Positions 16,533 through 28,900 of a stretch of 64,000 nucleotides of DNA are shown here, in pieces. Position 1 is the first letter of the stretch. Each line of letters starts with the position of its first letter. The position numbers were made by a program, and so were the translations under genes. Source of the stretch: a virus; IMG/VR virus record IMGVR_UViG_3300034355_001150, positions 1-64,000 of that record; one strand, given 5' to 3'. The notes under the pieces were generated by a model that saw nothing but the letters and a program-made list of their open reading frames with translations, made no database searches and was not told where the DNA came from.

Positions 16533-18227
16533 ATGTTAAAACCTTTTAATTCGATTGGCGGATTCGCAGTAGGCGAAGGCCAAGATATCGTCATTGATAG
16601 CAATCTTAACGCAACGCTTGCCAATATTGATGCGTCCGGCAACCTGGTTGTTAGTGGTTTCGCTAATATTGTCGGTGATATTTTTGCCGCTGATGCTGAG
16701 TTTGGCAATCTACTAATCAACACCGATGCCAACATTGTTGGTGATCTTGTTATTGGTAACTCCATTTCTGTTACCAGCAATATTTCTGCTGGGAATATTG
16801 CCGTAACTGGTGCATTCACCGGTTCTTCCATCACCGTTAGTGGTCAAGCACAATCTGCCACTATAAATGTTACTGATTCTGGTAATGTTGCAAATTTTCT
16901 AGGTATCGGCAATGCTCTATTTGTAACGAATGGCGTAACCTCTGGTTCCCTTGATACTGGTGAAATCGTTTCTTCCGGTAGTGCAAATATCGCAGTAGAT
17001 GTGATTGTAGGCAATGATCTAAGTGTTGCTGGTGATGCAAATATCATCGGTGGTGCTAATGTTGGTGGTATTCTTGATGTTACTGGCGATGCTTCTATTG
17101 ACGGCGTTCTTACCGTTTCTAATGTTGCCAACATCACAAGTGATCTGATTGTTGGCGGTGATGCAAACGTATCTGGTGATCTACTTGTTCTGGCCACCTC
17201 TAATGTCGTTGGCGCGGCCACTTTTGGTTCCACAATCAATGTAGCTAACGTTGCTACCGTTAATGGCTTGGTTGTTTCAACCGATGCTCTTATCTCCGGT
17301 AATCTAACCGTTGATGGCAATGTTGTTTATGTCAACGTAGAAAACCTAACGGTTGAAGATCCACTTATTGATCTTGGCACTGGTGCAAATGGCGCTCCTC
17401 TGACTGCAAATGATGGCAAAGATCGTGGTACTCTACTTGAATACTTCAGCACAGCCGGCAACGTAGCGTTAACCGCTTACTCTGGTTGGAAGAACTCCGC
17501 TGGTGAGTTCTACATGGCTTCTGAAGTTACTGTTGCTAACGATATCGTTACAGTTAATGATTGGGGTAATGTACGCCTTGACACCGTTCTTGGTAATGTG
17601 GTTGGTGGTTATATCACTCTAACCGGTGCTGCCAACATCAGTGGACCTCTGACTGTTAGTAATATTGCCAATATCACTTCTGATTTGTTCGTTGGTGGCA
17701 ATGCTAATATCTCAGGAAACCTCAATATCGGCGGCGATGTTCAATTTGATGACCTGTATTCAACCGGTAATCTAGTTGCCGCTAAAGCGGTTATTGGCAA
17801 TACCGTATCTGCTAATGCAAACATGACTTTTGGCACCACTCTAACTGGTCCAACTGTATTTGCCAATTCATTAGTATCTAATGCTGTTATTCTATCCAAC
17901 AGCACGATTGGATATAGCTCCAATACCACCGCTCGTTCTGCCTTCACTTCGTCAAACGTTGCTCAGGTAATCTTCAGTGGAACTAGCAGCCAAAATTACT
18001 CCTTCCGTTTGGTTGGTATTGATCAAGGCAACATCGCTAATCGTTACGCTGTTTCTATTGATAGCGATTCCAGCGGTGATTATGTTATCTATAACACACT
18101 AGGTAGCAGCCTTGGTTCACTGAGCTTCGCTATTGATGCTCCAAACAATCTTGCTAATCTGAGTGTTACACCTAACACCAACAACAGCATTGTTTGGTAC
18201 AACACTGTTACTACCACAAACTTTTAA
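16533..18227 (+). CDS. Beta-helical virion fibre protein
   Basis: GAGGA SD before 16533; GN/GD beta-repeats, VEDPLIDL...DRG domain. Confidence 0.8.
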   Translation: MLKPFNSIGGFAVGEGQDIVIDSNLNATLANIDASGNLVVSGFANIVGDIFAADAEFGNLLINTDANIVGDLVIGNSISVTSNISAGNIAVTGAFTGSSITVSGQAQSATINVTDSGNVANFLGIGNALFVTNGVTSGSLDTGEIVSSGSANIAVDVIVGNDLSVAGDANIIGGANVGGILDVTGDASIDGVLTVSNVANITSDLIVGGDANVSGDLLVLATSNVVGAATFGSTINVANVATVNGLVVSTDALISGNLTVDGNVVYVNVENLTVEDPLIDLGTGANGAPLTANDGKDRGTLLEYFSTAGNVALTAYSGWKNSAGEFYMASEVTVANDIVTVNDWGNVRLDTVLGNVVGGYITLTGAANISGPLTVSNIANITSDLFVGGNANISGNLNIGGDVQFDDLYSTGNLVAAKAVIGNTVSANANMTFGTTLTGPTVFANSLVSNAVILSNSTIGYSSNTTARSAFTSSNVAQVIFSGTSSQNYSFRLVGIDQGNIANRYAVSIDSDSSGDYVIYNTLGSSLGSLSFAIDAPNNLANLSVTPNTNNSIVWYNTVTTTNF

Positions 18228-18251
18228 TTTTTAGTTAATGGTTTGATTCTT

Positions 18252-18278
18252 GAAGCCCCTTTATTGGGGCTTCTTTTT
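18252..18278 (+). terminator. Intrinsic terminator
   Basis: GAAGCCCC-tttatt-GGGGCTTC-TTTTT. Confidence 0.85.
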
Positions 18279-18295
18279 ATTCGCGATTTTTAAAA

Positions 18296-18303
18296 GATAA
18301 ATA
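18296..18303 (+). promoter_or_regulatory. Late promoter
   Basis: GATAAATA. Confidence 0.7.
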
Positions 18304-18329
18304 CACCATCAATCTGGGAGTTTCATATA

Positions 18330-19472
18330 GTGGCCATTCAATCGTTCAATTCATTAGCCGGTTTTTCAGTAGGAGAAAGCAATACTCTGGTTATTGACGA
18401 TAACAATAATGTTATTGGCAATATAGGAACATTCAATACTGTAAATGTTGCTAATAGTATCACATCTAATAATATCACCGCAACTGGCACGGTAACAGCA
18501 AATTATATCTTTTCTACCGGAAATATCACTGGTTCTGGTATCGTTACTGCCGGTCAATCTAGTGTGGGGAATGTTTTTGCCTCTGGTAATGTAAATGCAG
18601 CTAATGTAAATACCACTGGCAAAGTATCAACCAATAGTCTATCAGCAAATGTCATTTTAGGAAATCTAATACCGTCGGTTGACAACACCTATTTTTTGGG
18701 TAACTCCACCAATCGTTGGTCGAATCTGTGGTTAGGTCCAGGTACGATTTATATCACTGATACTGCAAATACTGCCAACACAGCTGAACTGACAGTTTCA
18801 AATGGCATTTTACAAGTAAATGGAGCCGCCGGATTACAATCCAATCTAATCTCAGGCAATAGTAGTTTAACTATCGCTAACTCAGGAAATATCGCATTGT
18901 CTGTTGCTGGCACGAGCAACGTGGCGGTATTCAATAGTAATGGCTCTAATATATTGGGTAATACTACTGTTGGTAATCTGACTGTCACTGGCAATATCAT
19001 TTCAAATCCAATATATGGTAGTTTTTGGAGCAATGCCACACAAACGACAGCTAACGCAAATGTTGTTCAATTGTTTACATTGAACAACACCGATGGTCAT
19101 AATAGCATAACACTAGGTAATGGCGCAAGTAATAGTCGCATGATTATCAACGATCCGGGTACTTATAACTTACAGTTCTCTGTTCAAATCAACAAAACAT
19201 CTTCAAGTTTGGATTCAGTTTATATTTGGTTGCGACAAAATGGTCAAGATATTGCCAACACCACTGGTTATTTTCAAATAGATCGCCAAACAGCAATGAT
19301 TCAAAGTTGGAATTATATTGTCAATACCTCGAATATTGGTGAGTATATTGAAGTTGCGTTTGCTACAACCGATACTACCATCAGCTTCCCCGCTGCCGCT
19401 GAACAGACTACACCCTATGTTCGCCCAGCCATTCCTTCAATAATCACCACGATAGTTCCTGTTGGAGCTTAA
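18330..19472 (+). CDS. Short fibre protein with C-terminal C1q/BclA-like beta-sandwich
   Basis: Shares FNSxxGFxVGE N-terminus with 16533; PGTYNLQFSVQI...IWLRQNG C-terminal domain. Confidence 0.75.
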   Translation: MAIQSFNSLAGFSVGESNTLVIDDNNNVIGNIGTFNTVNVANSITSNNITATGTVTANYIFSTGNITGSGIVTAGQSSVGNVFASGNVNAANVNTTGKVSTNSLSANVILGNLIPSVDNTYFLGNSTNRWSNLWLGPGTIYITDTANTANTAELTVSNGILQVNGAAGLQSNLISGNSSLTIANSGNIALSVAGTSNVAVFNSNGSNILGNTTVGNLTVTGNIISNPIYGSFWSNATQTTANANVVQLFTLNNTDGHNSITLGNGASNSRMIINDPGTYNLQFSVQINKTSSSLDSVYIWLRQNGQDIANTTGYFQIDRQTAMIQSWNYIVNTSNIGEYIEVAFATTDTTISFPAAAEQTTPYVRPAIPSIITTIVPVGA

Positions 19473-19528
19473 TTCGCTCATTGATATTTATAGAAAATAA
19501 TTCACGGAATGGATTATTTTCTAATAAA

Positions 19529-19536
19529 GATAAATA
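19529..19536 (+). promoter_or_regulatory. Late promoter
   Basis: GATAAATA. Confidence 0.7.
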
Positions 19537-19565
19537 TATCATATTACCCCCGAGGATAAACTACA

Positions 19566-22500
19566 ATGGCATATCAAATTCAACTTCGTTCAGATACAGC
19601 TAATAACTGGACATACGTTAATCCAACGCTTGCTCAAGGCGAAGCAGGATACGAAACCAACACCGGCAATCTAAAAATCGGCGACGGTTCTACAGAGTGG
19701 GCTAACTTACCCTACTTTGCTGGCTCCGGTGGTGGTGGCAACGGAACACCCGGCGGAAGCAACGGAACGATTCAGTTTAATAACAATGGTTCATTTGACG
19801 GGAATCCTAATTTTATCATTGATTTAGCTAATAGTGTACTCTCAGTTACAGGAAATGTCAATGCAAATTATTTTATTGGTGATGGTAGTCTACTAACCAA
19901 TCTACCTGCTGGTAATTATTCCAACACCAATGTTCAATCGTTTTTAACCTCTGGCAATCTGGTCGGGAATATTATTCCAAGCGGCAATGCCATTTATTCT
20001 CTCGGTAATGCAACGAATCAATGGAAAGATTTATGGATCAGTAGCAATACGATTTATATTGATACTATTCCTCTGAGCACAAATAGCAATTCCGATCTTA
20101 CCTTTAATGGTAATCCGATTGTTACAGCCAATGCTGCTGCTAATGGCGCTACTAATGTCAACGAGCTATCGGTTAGCGGAAACGTATCAGCCACGAGCGC
20201 GAATATCGCGAATACTTCTATCGCCAATGGCAATGTAACTGCAAATTATTTTATTGGCGATGGATCATTGCTCACTAACATCAATTATTCCAATATTGTT
20301 GGTGCTTATGGTGATGCCAATGTTGCCAATTATCTATCTACTGTCAGTAATATCAATCTGACTGAAGTTAATGCTTCGGGTGATATCACTACTGGTGGTG
20401 TATTTTATGGTAATGGTGCTGGATTAACGAATATCCCTGCCTCTGCGATTATTGGCGCATATAGCAATGCTAATGTTGCTAATTATCTACCTACTTATAC
20501 TGGCGAATTTACTGCCGGTAACGCTAACGTAAGTGGCGAAGTAGTAGCTGGCGGCAACATCACAGCAGATTATTACTATGGTAATATTGCATTCACCACT
20601 GGTGGATACGGCGATAGTAATGTAGCTGCATTTTTACCCACTTATGGTGGTGATATTCTCGCCAATACAATTACAGCGAACAATGCCGCATTTGATAACA
20701 ATGTCAGCATTGCTGGCAATTTGGATGTAACCGGAAATACCAATTACACCAATGTTAATAATCTTCTCGTTGATGATCCTCTGATTTATGCTGGTGCTAA
20801 TAATATCAGCAATATCGTTGACCAAGGTTTAATCACACCATTTAATGATGGCACCCAACAGTATGGTGGATTTGTTCGTGATGCAAGCACTGGTGCTTGG
20901 AAGCTATTTGCGAATGTTACTGATGCACCCAATACCACGGTTAATTTTGCTAATGCAACGTATGTAGGATTACAAGCTGGTTGGTTTGCTGGAGATGGTG
21001 GCAATCTGAGCAATATCAATGCTGCTAACATCACTGGTAATATCTCATTAGCTAATGCTGATGTAACGGGTTCCGCTAATATTGGTGCCAATCTGTCAGT
21101 CGGTGGTAACATTATTTCCAATGGCAATATCACTGCTGATTATTTCATCGGCGATGGGAGCAATCTATCTAACATTCAATATTCAAGTTTGGTTGGCGCT
21201 TATGGTGATGCTAATGTTGCGGCATATCTGCCCACCAACACCAGTAACGTAGCTGCTGCATTTTTTATTGGTGATGGTAGTAAATTAAGCAATATCAATT
21301 ATGCGAATATTCCTGGTGCTTATTCTAATAGCAACGTTGCCGCCTATCTGGCTAATAGCAATGTTGTTATCAATACCTCCAACATCGTAAGTAATACAGC
21401 GAATATTGTGACTTTAACTGGCAATACCGCCAATATAACTACAATTACAAGTAATAGTATTACTGGCAATACCGCCAATTTAACTACTCTTCGTAGTAAT
21501 ACCATTAACGCAAATACTGTAACTGCGAATTATTTCAGCGGAGATGGAAGCAATTTATCTAACATTCAATATAGCAGCATCGTGGGTGCGTACAGCAATT
21601 CCAATGTTGCAAATTATTTACCGACTTATGCTGGTATTGTTACAGCCAGTGATGTAACTGCAACCGATACGATTACTGGTGATAGACTGACCACCGGCAA
21701 TTTATCAATGCAAGCTAACATAATCAGTTCAGTTGGCAGTAATATTACTATTGACCCAGGCAATGATGGTCTATCGGGCGGTAACGTCATTATCGCTGGT
21801 AATTTGCAAGTTGCTGGCAATGTAACCTATGTAAATGTTACAACTGCTGATACCGATAATTTAGTTTGGGTAGCTGCTAATAATGCTTCTACACCATCTG
21901 CTGCTACCGGTGGTGGTTTAGCGGTTGGTCCAGCAACGAATCCTTATGCTACATTCTTATATAATGCTGCTCAAAATATTTGGGTCAGCAATCTATCGCT
22001 TGGCGTAAACGGTGGTGCTAATTTCAGTGGCGCTCTTACAGGGGTCACCAACATTACAGCAAATGGCAATATCACTGGTGCTTATATTCGCGGCGATGGT
22101 AGCAACCTGTCTAACATTCAATACAGCAATCTGATTGGTGCTTACAGCAATGCCAACGTAGCGAGCTACTTGAGTAGCAATTTGGTATCAACTAATGTTA
22201 AAACTTCAGCTAATGTACAAGCTGCGTTCTTTATTGGCGATGGTGGATTCTTAACCAATGTTTCCGGTGGTGGTAGTAATTATTCAAATGCAAATGTTGC
22301 TGCATATCTGCCAACTGATTCTACAATTTCTGTTATCAATGGTAATGTCGCCAATACTAATAGCAATGTCAGTAACTTAACCGATAGTTTAGCCAACACC
22401 AATAGTAATGTTACTTTTATAACAAATGGTTTGGCGAATACCAATAGTAATGTCAGTAACTTAGCTAATAGTTTAGCTAATACTAATAGTAATGTTGCTA

Positions 22501-25500
22501 CATTAACGACCGGTTTAGCGAATACCAATAGCAATGTTAGCGATCTTTCTAACAGCATCAGCAATCTACAAGGACAAGTATATGCCAATAGCAATGTAGC
22601 GGCATATCTACCGTCATACGGCGGTGATATTTCAGGCGTTAATGCTTCATTTGATCTGATGACTGCTGTGCTATTCAGCGGCGATGGTGGTCAAATTAGC
22701 AACATCAATGCTGCGAATCTTGTTGGTGCATACTCAAATGCTAACGTAGCTGATTATCTACCCACCTACGCAGGACAATTCACTGCTGCGAATGTTACCG
22801 TAACCGGCGATGTCATCGCTGATCTATTTGTCGGTGATGGTGGTCAATTAAGCAATATCAATGTTGCCAATATCACTGGTGGATATGCTAATAGCAACGT
22901 GGCAAACTATCTGCCCACTTATACCGGAATTGTAACCGCAAGTGATGTCAACGTAAGTGATAGCATTACTGTTGCAAACACTGTTTCTGCTGCTAACATT
23001 GACACTGGTACTGGCAATATTCAAATCCGTGGTAATACTATCTCAACGACTACTGCGAATATCATTCTTGATCCGGGCAATGATGGAATTACAAGCGGTG
23101 ATGTTTACATTCAAGGTAATCTACAAGTAGTAGGTAATGTTACTTATGTTGATGTATCAATTGCTGCCAGTGACAATCTTGTATGGCAAGCTGCTAATAA
23201 TGCAATCAATTCTTCTGCTGCTGATGGTGGTGGTTTAGCAGTTGGCCCGGCTGGCAATAGCTATGCTACTTGGTTATTCAATAACTCAACCAATTCTTGG
23301 AACAGTAGCATCAACGTAGAAGTTGCGGGTGATGTTGGCGTGTATGGCGACCTTAATGCGCTCACCGTGGTAGCATCTGAATTCTTCGGTGATGGCGGTG
23401 GCCTAAGCAACATCAATGCCAGCAATATCGTCGGTGGATATAGCAATAGTAATGTTGCTTCGTATCTACTAACTAACACCAGCAACATTCAAGCTGGAAA
23501 TATTATTGCAGTTAAAAATGTATATGCTGACCAATTCATCGGCGATGGTGGATTATTGAGTAATATCCAAGCTGGTAATGTCGTTGGCGCTTATTCAAAC
23601 AGCAATGTTGCTTCGTATCTACTAACAAACACTGGCAATATCAGTGCTGATTATTATCTTGGTAATGGTTCTCAGTTAACTGGGCTATATTCTAACAGCA
23701 ATACTGCCTCTTATCTATTGACAAACACTGGTAATATCAAGGCAGGTAATGCGAATATCGTTGGCAATATCAATGCAAGTTACTTTATTGGTAATGGCGC
23801 ACTATTAACTGGGTTACCTGCTGGATACAGTAACGCTAATGCTGCAAGTTACTTACTAACAAATACTGGTGATATCAATGGTGGCAATATCACTGCTAAT
23901 TATTTTATTGGCAATGGTTCACTATTAACTGGTCTACCAGCCACTTATGCTAATAGTAATGTAGCTAATTATCTACCTACTTATGGCGGTGATATCTCTG
24001 CTGATTATATCACAGCTAATTCTATGGGATTAGGTGTTGGTAATATTCAAATGCTCGGTGATTTAATTTACTCAACCGACGAATTTATCACAATTGATCC
24101 GGGTGCCAACGGCGCTACAAACGGTACTTTAGTTGTTGCTGGTAATCTACAAGTTACCGGTAACATCACTTACGTTGATGTATCAGTTGCTACCAGTGAT
24201 AACTTAATATGGCAAGCTGCTAATTCTGCTACTAATCCCGGAATGGCCGATGGTGGTGGTTTAGCGGTTGGTCCTGCCGGCAATAGTTATGCTACATTCT
24301 TATATAATAGCGCAACTGATGTATGGCAAAGTGATGTCACCATTGAGAGTGCGAGCAATTTCGTTGCTCTTGGCAATGTATCAGGCGCATACATTATCGG
24401 TGATGGTAGCCTTCTAACCGGACTTCCAGCACAATATGCTAATTCAAATGTAGCTTCTTATTTGGCTAGCGGAAATGTAGTTACCGATATCATAACTTAT
24501 GGCAATATTGAATCCAATATTATGATTTCATCCAGAGCGATGTTCGCTCTTGATTCAATCGGATCAAATTTGATAACAGGTAATAATTGCGTATTTGCCA
24601 ATGGTATAATCAATAATATCTTGAATATAAACGGCAATGCGACTGTTACCAATGGTATGTTTGCTGGTAATCTACATGGTGAAGGCGGCAATATCAGTAA
24701 CATCAATGGCGATAATATCGTTGGTGGTTATGGTAATATCAATGTAGCAACATATCTGGCCAATAGTTCAACTAACGGCGACATCTTCGGTGGTGTTATT
24801 ACTGCCGAGGACAATGTTCTGAGTAATGCTTACTACATCGGGGCTAGCGGAGTTCTTGCTGAAAACAACGGTATTATTTTGGCAGGAGCAGATGGCGCAA
24901 ACGGCACATCGGTTGGAATAATCGCTGGCAATGCTAACGGAATAAATTCAGATGGTGGTACTGTAGCACTTATCGCTGGTACCGCTACCGGAACTGGTAA
25001 TCCAGGACTAATTTATCTTATCGGCGAGACCGCTGTTAGTGGGGCTAACCTTACCGTAACAGGCAACATCACTTCAGATGGCATTGATGCTAATGTCGCC
25101 ACAGTGAGTGATCTCGTATCAAGCAACATGATAGGCGCTGTTGATTTGGTAGCAAGCGGCAATATAACTGCTAATGGCAAAATCACAGCTGGATACTTCT
25201 GGGGAGATGGCAGCAACATTAGTAATATCAATGCTGGAAACCTCGTTGGTGGTTATGGTAATGCAAATGTTGCAGATTATCTGCCCACATATACTGGTGA
25301 TTTATCTCCAAGTAATATCACAGTTACCACAAGCGCAGACTTAGGTGCTATCGCAAATATCACAATCACAGGCGGTAATGCAGGTGAGGTGATAATCACA
25401 GACGGTGCGGGCAATCTATCGTTCGGAACGGCAATCAACGCAATCCCAGCGGTATACTTCAGTGCTCCTATCAGTGGCAATAATCAAACATTCAGCAATG

Positions 25501-25901
25501 CTGTCCTAAGTGCTTATGCAGCCAACACCGATATTACGTTGTTCTACAATGGTGTATTGCTTGAAAATAGTTTTTATACATTAAGTGGTGATACGATCAC
25601 GGTTAACACAGAACTAAATTCTGGTGATTCGATTGATATTGTACAACAGTTTACTGGCACATTCAATACTATTGTTAATAATTCGTATGGTAATGCTAAT
25701 GTAGCATCTTACTTGCCAACATACACGGGTGATGTAACTGCTGCTAATGTATCCATCACTGGTCTATTCAGTGCGCCTCAACGAACAGTAACATCCAGTT
25801 CACCTGGCAGCGTTGGTCAAATTTGTTGGGATGCAAGTTACATTTATGTATGTACCTCTGCTAATACATGGTCGCGCACACAATTAACGAGTGGGTTTTA
25901 A
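19566..25901 (+). CDS. Giant tail fibre protein (Mtd_N, YSNANVA repeats, Asn-rich coiled coil)
   Basis: 2111-aa ORF; Mtd_N start; LANTNSNV heptads; C-terminal GQICWD..YIYVC...NTW.R. Confidence 0.9.
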   Translation: MAYQIQLRSDTANNWTYVNPTLAQGEAGYETNTGNLKIGDGSTEWANLPYFAGSGGGGNGTPGGSNGTIQFNNNGSFDGNPNFIIDLANSVLSVTGNVNANYFIGDGSLLTNLPAGNYSNTNVQSFLTSGNLVGNIIPSGNAIYSLGNATNQWKDLWISSNTIYIDTIPLSTNSNSDLTFNGNPIVTANAAANGATNVNELSVSGNVSATSANIANTSIANGNVTANYFIGDGSLLTNINYSNIVGAYGDANVANYLSTVSNINLTEVNASGDITTGGVFYGNGAGLTNIPASAIIGAYSNANVANYLPTYTGEFTAGNANVSGEVVAGGNITADYYYGNIAFTTGGYGDSNVAAFLPTYGGDILANTITANNAAFDNNVSIAGNLDVTGNTNYTNVNNLLVDDPLIYAGANNISNIVDQGLITPFNDGTQQYGGFVRDASTGAWKLFANVTDAPNTTVNFANATYVGLQAGWFAGDGGNLSNINAANITGNISLANADVTGSANIGANLSVGGNIISNGNITADYFIGDGSNLSNIQYSSLVGAYGDANVAAYLPTNTSNVAAAFFIGDGSKLSNINYANIPGAYSNSNVAAYLANSNVVINTSNIVSNTANIVTLTGNTANITTITSNSITGNTANLTTLRSNTINANTVTANYFSGDGSNLSNIQYSSIVGAYSNSNVANYLPTYAGIVTASDVTATDTITGDRLTTGNLSMQANIISSVGSNITIDPGNDGLSGGNVIIAGNLQVAGNVTYVNVTTADTDNLVWVAANNASTPSAATGGGLAVGPATNPYATFLYNAAQNIWVSNLSLGVNGGANFSGALTGVTNITANGNITGAYIRGDGSNLSNIQYSNLIGAYSNANVASYLSSNLVSTNVKTSANVQAAFFIGDGGFLTNVSGGGSNYSNANVAAYLPTDSTISVINGNVANTNSNVSNLTDSLANTNSNVTFITNGLANTNSNVSNLANSLANTNSNVATLTTGLANTNSNVSDLSNSISNLQGQVYANSNVAAYLPSYGGDISGVNASFDLMTAVLFSGDGGQISNINAANLVGAYSNANVADYLPTYAGQFTAANVTVTGDVIADLFVGDGGQLSNINVANITGGYANSNVANYLPTYTGIVTASDVNVSDSITVANTVSAANIDTGTGNIQIRGNTISTTTANIILDPGNDGITSGDVYIQGNLQVVGNVTYVDVSIAASDNLVWQAANNAINSSAADGGGLAVGPAGNSYATWLFNNSTNSWNSSINVEVAGDVGVYGDLNALTVVASEFFGDGGGLSNINASNIVGGYSNSNVASYLLTNTSNIQAGNIIAVKNVYADQFIGDGGLLSNIQAGNVVGAYSNSNVASYLLTNTGNISADYYLGNGSQLTGLYSNSNTASYLLTNTGNIKAGNANIVGNINASYFIGNGALLTGLPAGYSNANAASYLLTNTGDINGGNITANYFIGNGSLLTGLPATYANSNVANYLPTYGGDISADYITANSMGLGVGNIQMLGDLIYSTDEFITIDPGANGATNGTLVVAGNLQVTGNITYVDVSVATSDNLIWQAANSATNPGMADGGGLAVGPAGNSYATFLYNSATDVWQSDVTIESASNFVALGNVSGAYIIGDGSLLTGLPAQYANSNVASYLASGNVVTDIITYGNIESNIMISSRAMFALDSIGSNLITGNNCVFANGIINNILNINGNATVTNGMFAGNLHGEGGNISNINGDNIVGGYGNINVATYLANSSTNGDIFGGVITAEDNVLSNAYYIGASGVLAENNGIILAGADGANGTSVGIIAGNANGINSDGGTVALIAGTATGTGNPGLIYLIGETAVSGANLTVTGNITSDGIDANVATVSDLVSSNMIGAVDLVASGNITANGKITAGYFWGDGSNISNINAGNLVGGYGNANVADYLPTYTGDLSPSNITVTTSADLGAIANITITGGNAGEVIITDGAGNLSFGTAINAIPAVYFSAPISGNNQTFSNAVLSAYAANTDITLFYNGVLLENSFYTLSGDTITVNTELNSGDSIDIVQQFTGTFNTIVNNSYGNANVASYLPTYTGDVTAANVSITGLFSAPQRTVTSSSPGSVGQICWDASYIYVCTSANTWSRTQLTSGF

Positions 25902-25941
25902 TGAAAACTAATACTAAAATAATGAGTAACGGAGTAACAAA

Positions 25942-28900
25942 ATGAGTATTATTAACAAGGTAGCTGGTGGATTAGCTAATATAACCACCTATGATGCGAA
26001 TACTGGTTCAATCATTGATATCACCGTATCCGGTAATGTTACTGCTGCTTACATCATTGGTGATGGTAGCAATCTAAGCAATATTAATGCTGGAAATCTT
26101 GTCGGGGCGTATGGTAATGCTAATGTGGCTGCTTATTTGCCTACTTATACTGGGGCAATTACTGCAAATAGCGCAAATGTAACAGGGAATGTTCTTGGCG
26201 CTAACTTCATTGGCAATGGACAATATCTAAGCAACATCAATATCGCTAATATCGCTGGTAGCTATTCCAATTCTAATGTAGCCAGTTATCTGCCCAATAA
26301 TACCAGCAATATTTCCGGTAACGTAATAACTGGTAATTTATTCTTTGGTGATGGATTTGGATTGAGTAACATTCCTTATGCAAATATCACTAATGCTTAT
26401 AGTAATGCCAATGTAGCCAGTTATCTGCCCAACAATACAAGCAATATTTCCGGTAACGTAATAACTGGTAATTTATTCTTTGGTGATGGATTTGGATTGA
26501 GTAACATTCCTTATGCGAATATCACCAATGCATATAGTAATGTGAATGTAGCCAGTTATCTGCCCAATAATACAAGCAATATCTCCGGTAACGTAATAAC
26601 CGGAAATCTGTTAAATGTCAATGGTCCAGCGTTTGTAGCTGGCAACTTGACCGTTAGTGGCAATGTTAACTACACCGATGTAACTGACTTAGTTGTCGGT
26701 GATCCTCTTATCTTCGTTGGAGCCAACAACGTCAGTGATATCGTTGATTTGGGCATGATCGTAACTTTTGATGACGGTGTAGCCCAACACGGTGGATTTG
26801 TTCGCGATGCAAGCGATGGTGTTTGGAAGTTGTTCAGCAATGTTATACCCGAACCCAATACTGTAGTTGACTTCAGCAATGCTATATATGATACGTTGCA
26901 AGCCGGATTCTTTTTAGGAGATGGTGGATTATTGAGCAATATCAATGCTGGCAATCTGGTTGGTGCATACAGTAATGCTAATGTTGCTAACTATCTGCCA
27001 ACATTCACTGGAACATTAACAGCGGGTAATGCTAATGTTACTGGCAATATTATTGCTTCTAATTTCATCGGCAATGGTCAATACCTAAGCAATATCAATA
27101 TCGCTAATATCGCTGGTAGCTATTCCAATTCTAATGTAGCCAGCTATCTACCCAATAATACAAGCAATATTTCCGGTAACGTAATAACTGGTAATTTATT
27201 CTTCGGCAATGGCTTTGGATTGAGTAACATTCCCTATGCGAATATCACTAATGCTTACAGTAATGTGAATGTAGCATTCTATCTACCTAATAATACCAGC
27301 AATATTTCTGGTAATGTCATAACCGGCAATCTATTTTCAGGTAATGGCTCACAACTAACTAATCTACCAATTGCATCAATTATTGGTAACGGCACAAGCA
27401 ACGTCAGGATTCCTACTGCCAATGGCAATATTACGATGACGATAAATGCCGCAAGTGCGTTCAATCTTAGCGCCACGTCTGTTAGTGTGGGAGTTGGCGC
27501 AGGTAGCTTCGCTCAAAGTCAGTTTGGCATAGCGATAGGTGAAAACGCGGGTCAAAACTTACAAGGCGATGGTGGCATCGCCATCGGTGCTGCTGCGGGA
27601 CAAGAAACACAAGGCTCCGGAGCCATTGCTATCGGCTTATCTGGAACGGCTGGTAATACACAGGGCGCATCGGCTATTGCTATCGGCCTTGGCACCGCTT
27701 ACGATAATCAAGGTGAGAGAGCAATCGCTATCGGTGAGCAAGCAGCATATGACATACAAGGTGCGGATGCTATTGCTATCGGCCCGTATTCTGGGTACAG
27801 CATACAGGGCATAGGCGCTGTGGCTGTCGGCAACTATGCGGGTCATTTTGTCCAAGGTGAATACAGTATTGCTATCGGCACACTGGCTGGCAATAGTTCG
27901 CAAGCCAACAACAGCATCATTCTGAATGCAACAGGCAATGATCTAGACGCCAACAATAGCGGATTTTATGCAGCACCAGTTCGTGACAATGTAACAACCG
28001 ATGCTGTTTTTTATGATGTTACTACTAATGAAATATCATATGCTACGGCCTATGGTAACGCAAATGTTGCCGATTATCTACCAATCAACACATCCAGTGT
28101 TAACGCTGATGTTGTTACAGCTACACTGTTTAGTGGTGACGGTGGATTACTGAGCAACATCAATGCCGGCAATCTGGTTGGCGCTTATGGTAATGCCAAT
28201 GTTGCAGATTATCTCGCAAACAATGCGACATCAGGTGACATATACGGTGGAATCATCACTGGCACATATCTTTATGGTGATGGTAGCAACCTAACCAACA
28301 TCGATGGCTCAACTATCTTTGGCGATATCAATATTTCTCCAAACAACATCACTGCTGGTAATGCTACGTTTAATGGAAATATCAGTGTAGTCGGTAATGT
28401 AACCGTATCCGGCAATCTGAATTATCAAGACGTTACTGATTTAGTTGTAGGTGATCCACTTATCTATATCGGTGCGAATAATACTGCTGATATCGTTGAT
28501 CTCGGGTTAGTTGCAAGCTACGATCCTGGTGCTGGTGAATTACATACTGGCTTCGTGCGTGATCATACAGATGGAATTTGGAAGCTATTTACCGCATTAG
28601 CCGATGAACCAACAACCGTAGTCAATTGGGCAAACGCAACGCTTGCCGCAATGGAAGTAGGAACAATTATCGGTGACGGTGGATTCCTATCTAATATTCA
28701 ATATGCCAATGTTGTTGGTGCTTATAGTAACACCAATGTTGCCGATTATCTACCTCTTAATACTGCCAGCGTTAATGCTGATGTAGTTACTGCCACGCTG
28801 TTCAGTGGCGATGGTGGTGAGTTAAGTAATATTATTGCTGCTAATTTAGTAGGTGCATATGCTAATGCTAACGTAGCAGACTACTTGCCGACTTACACTG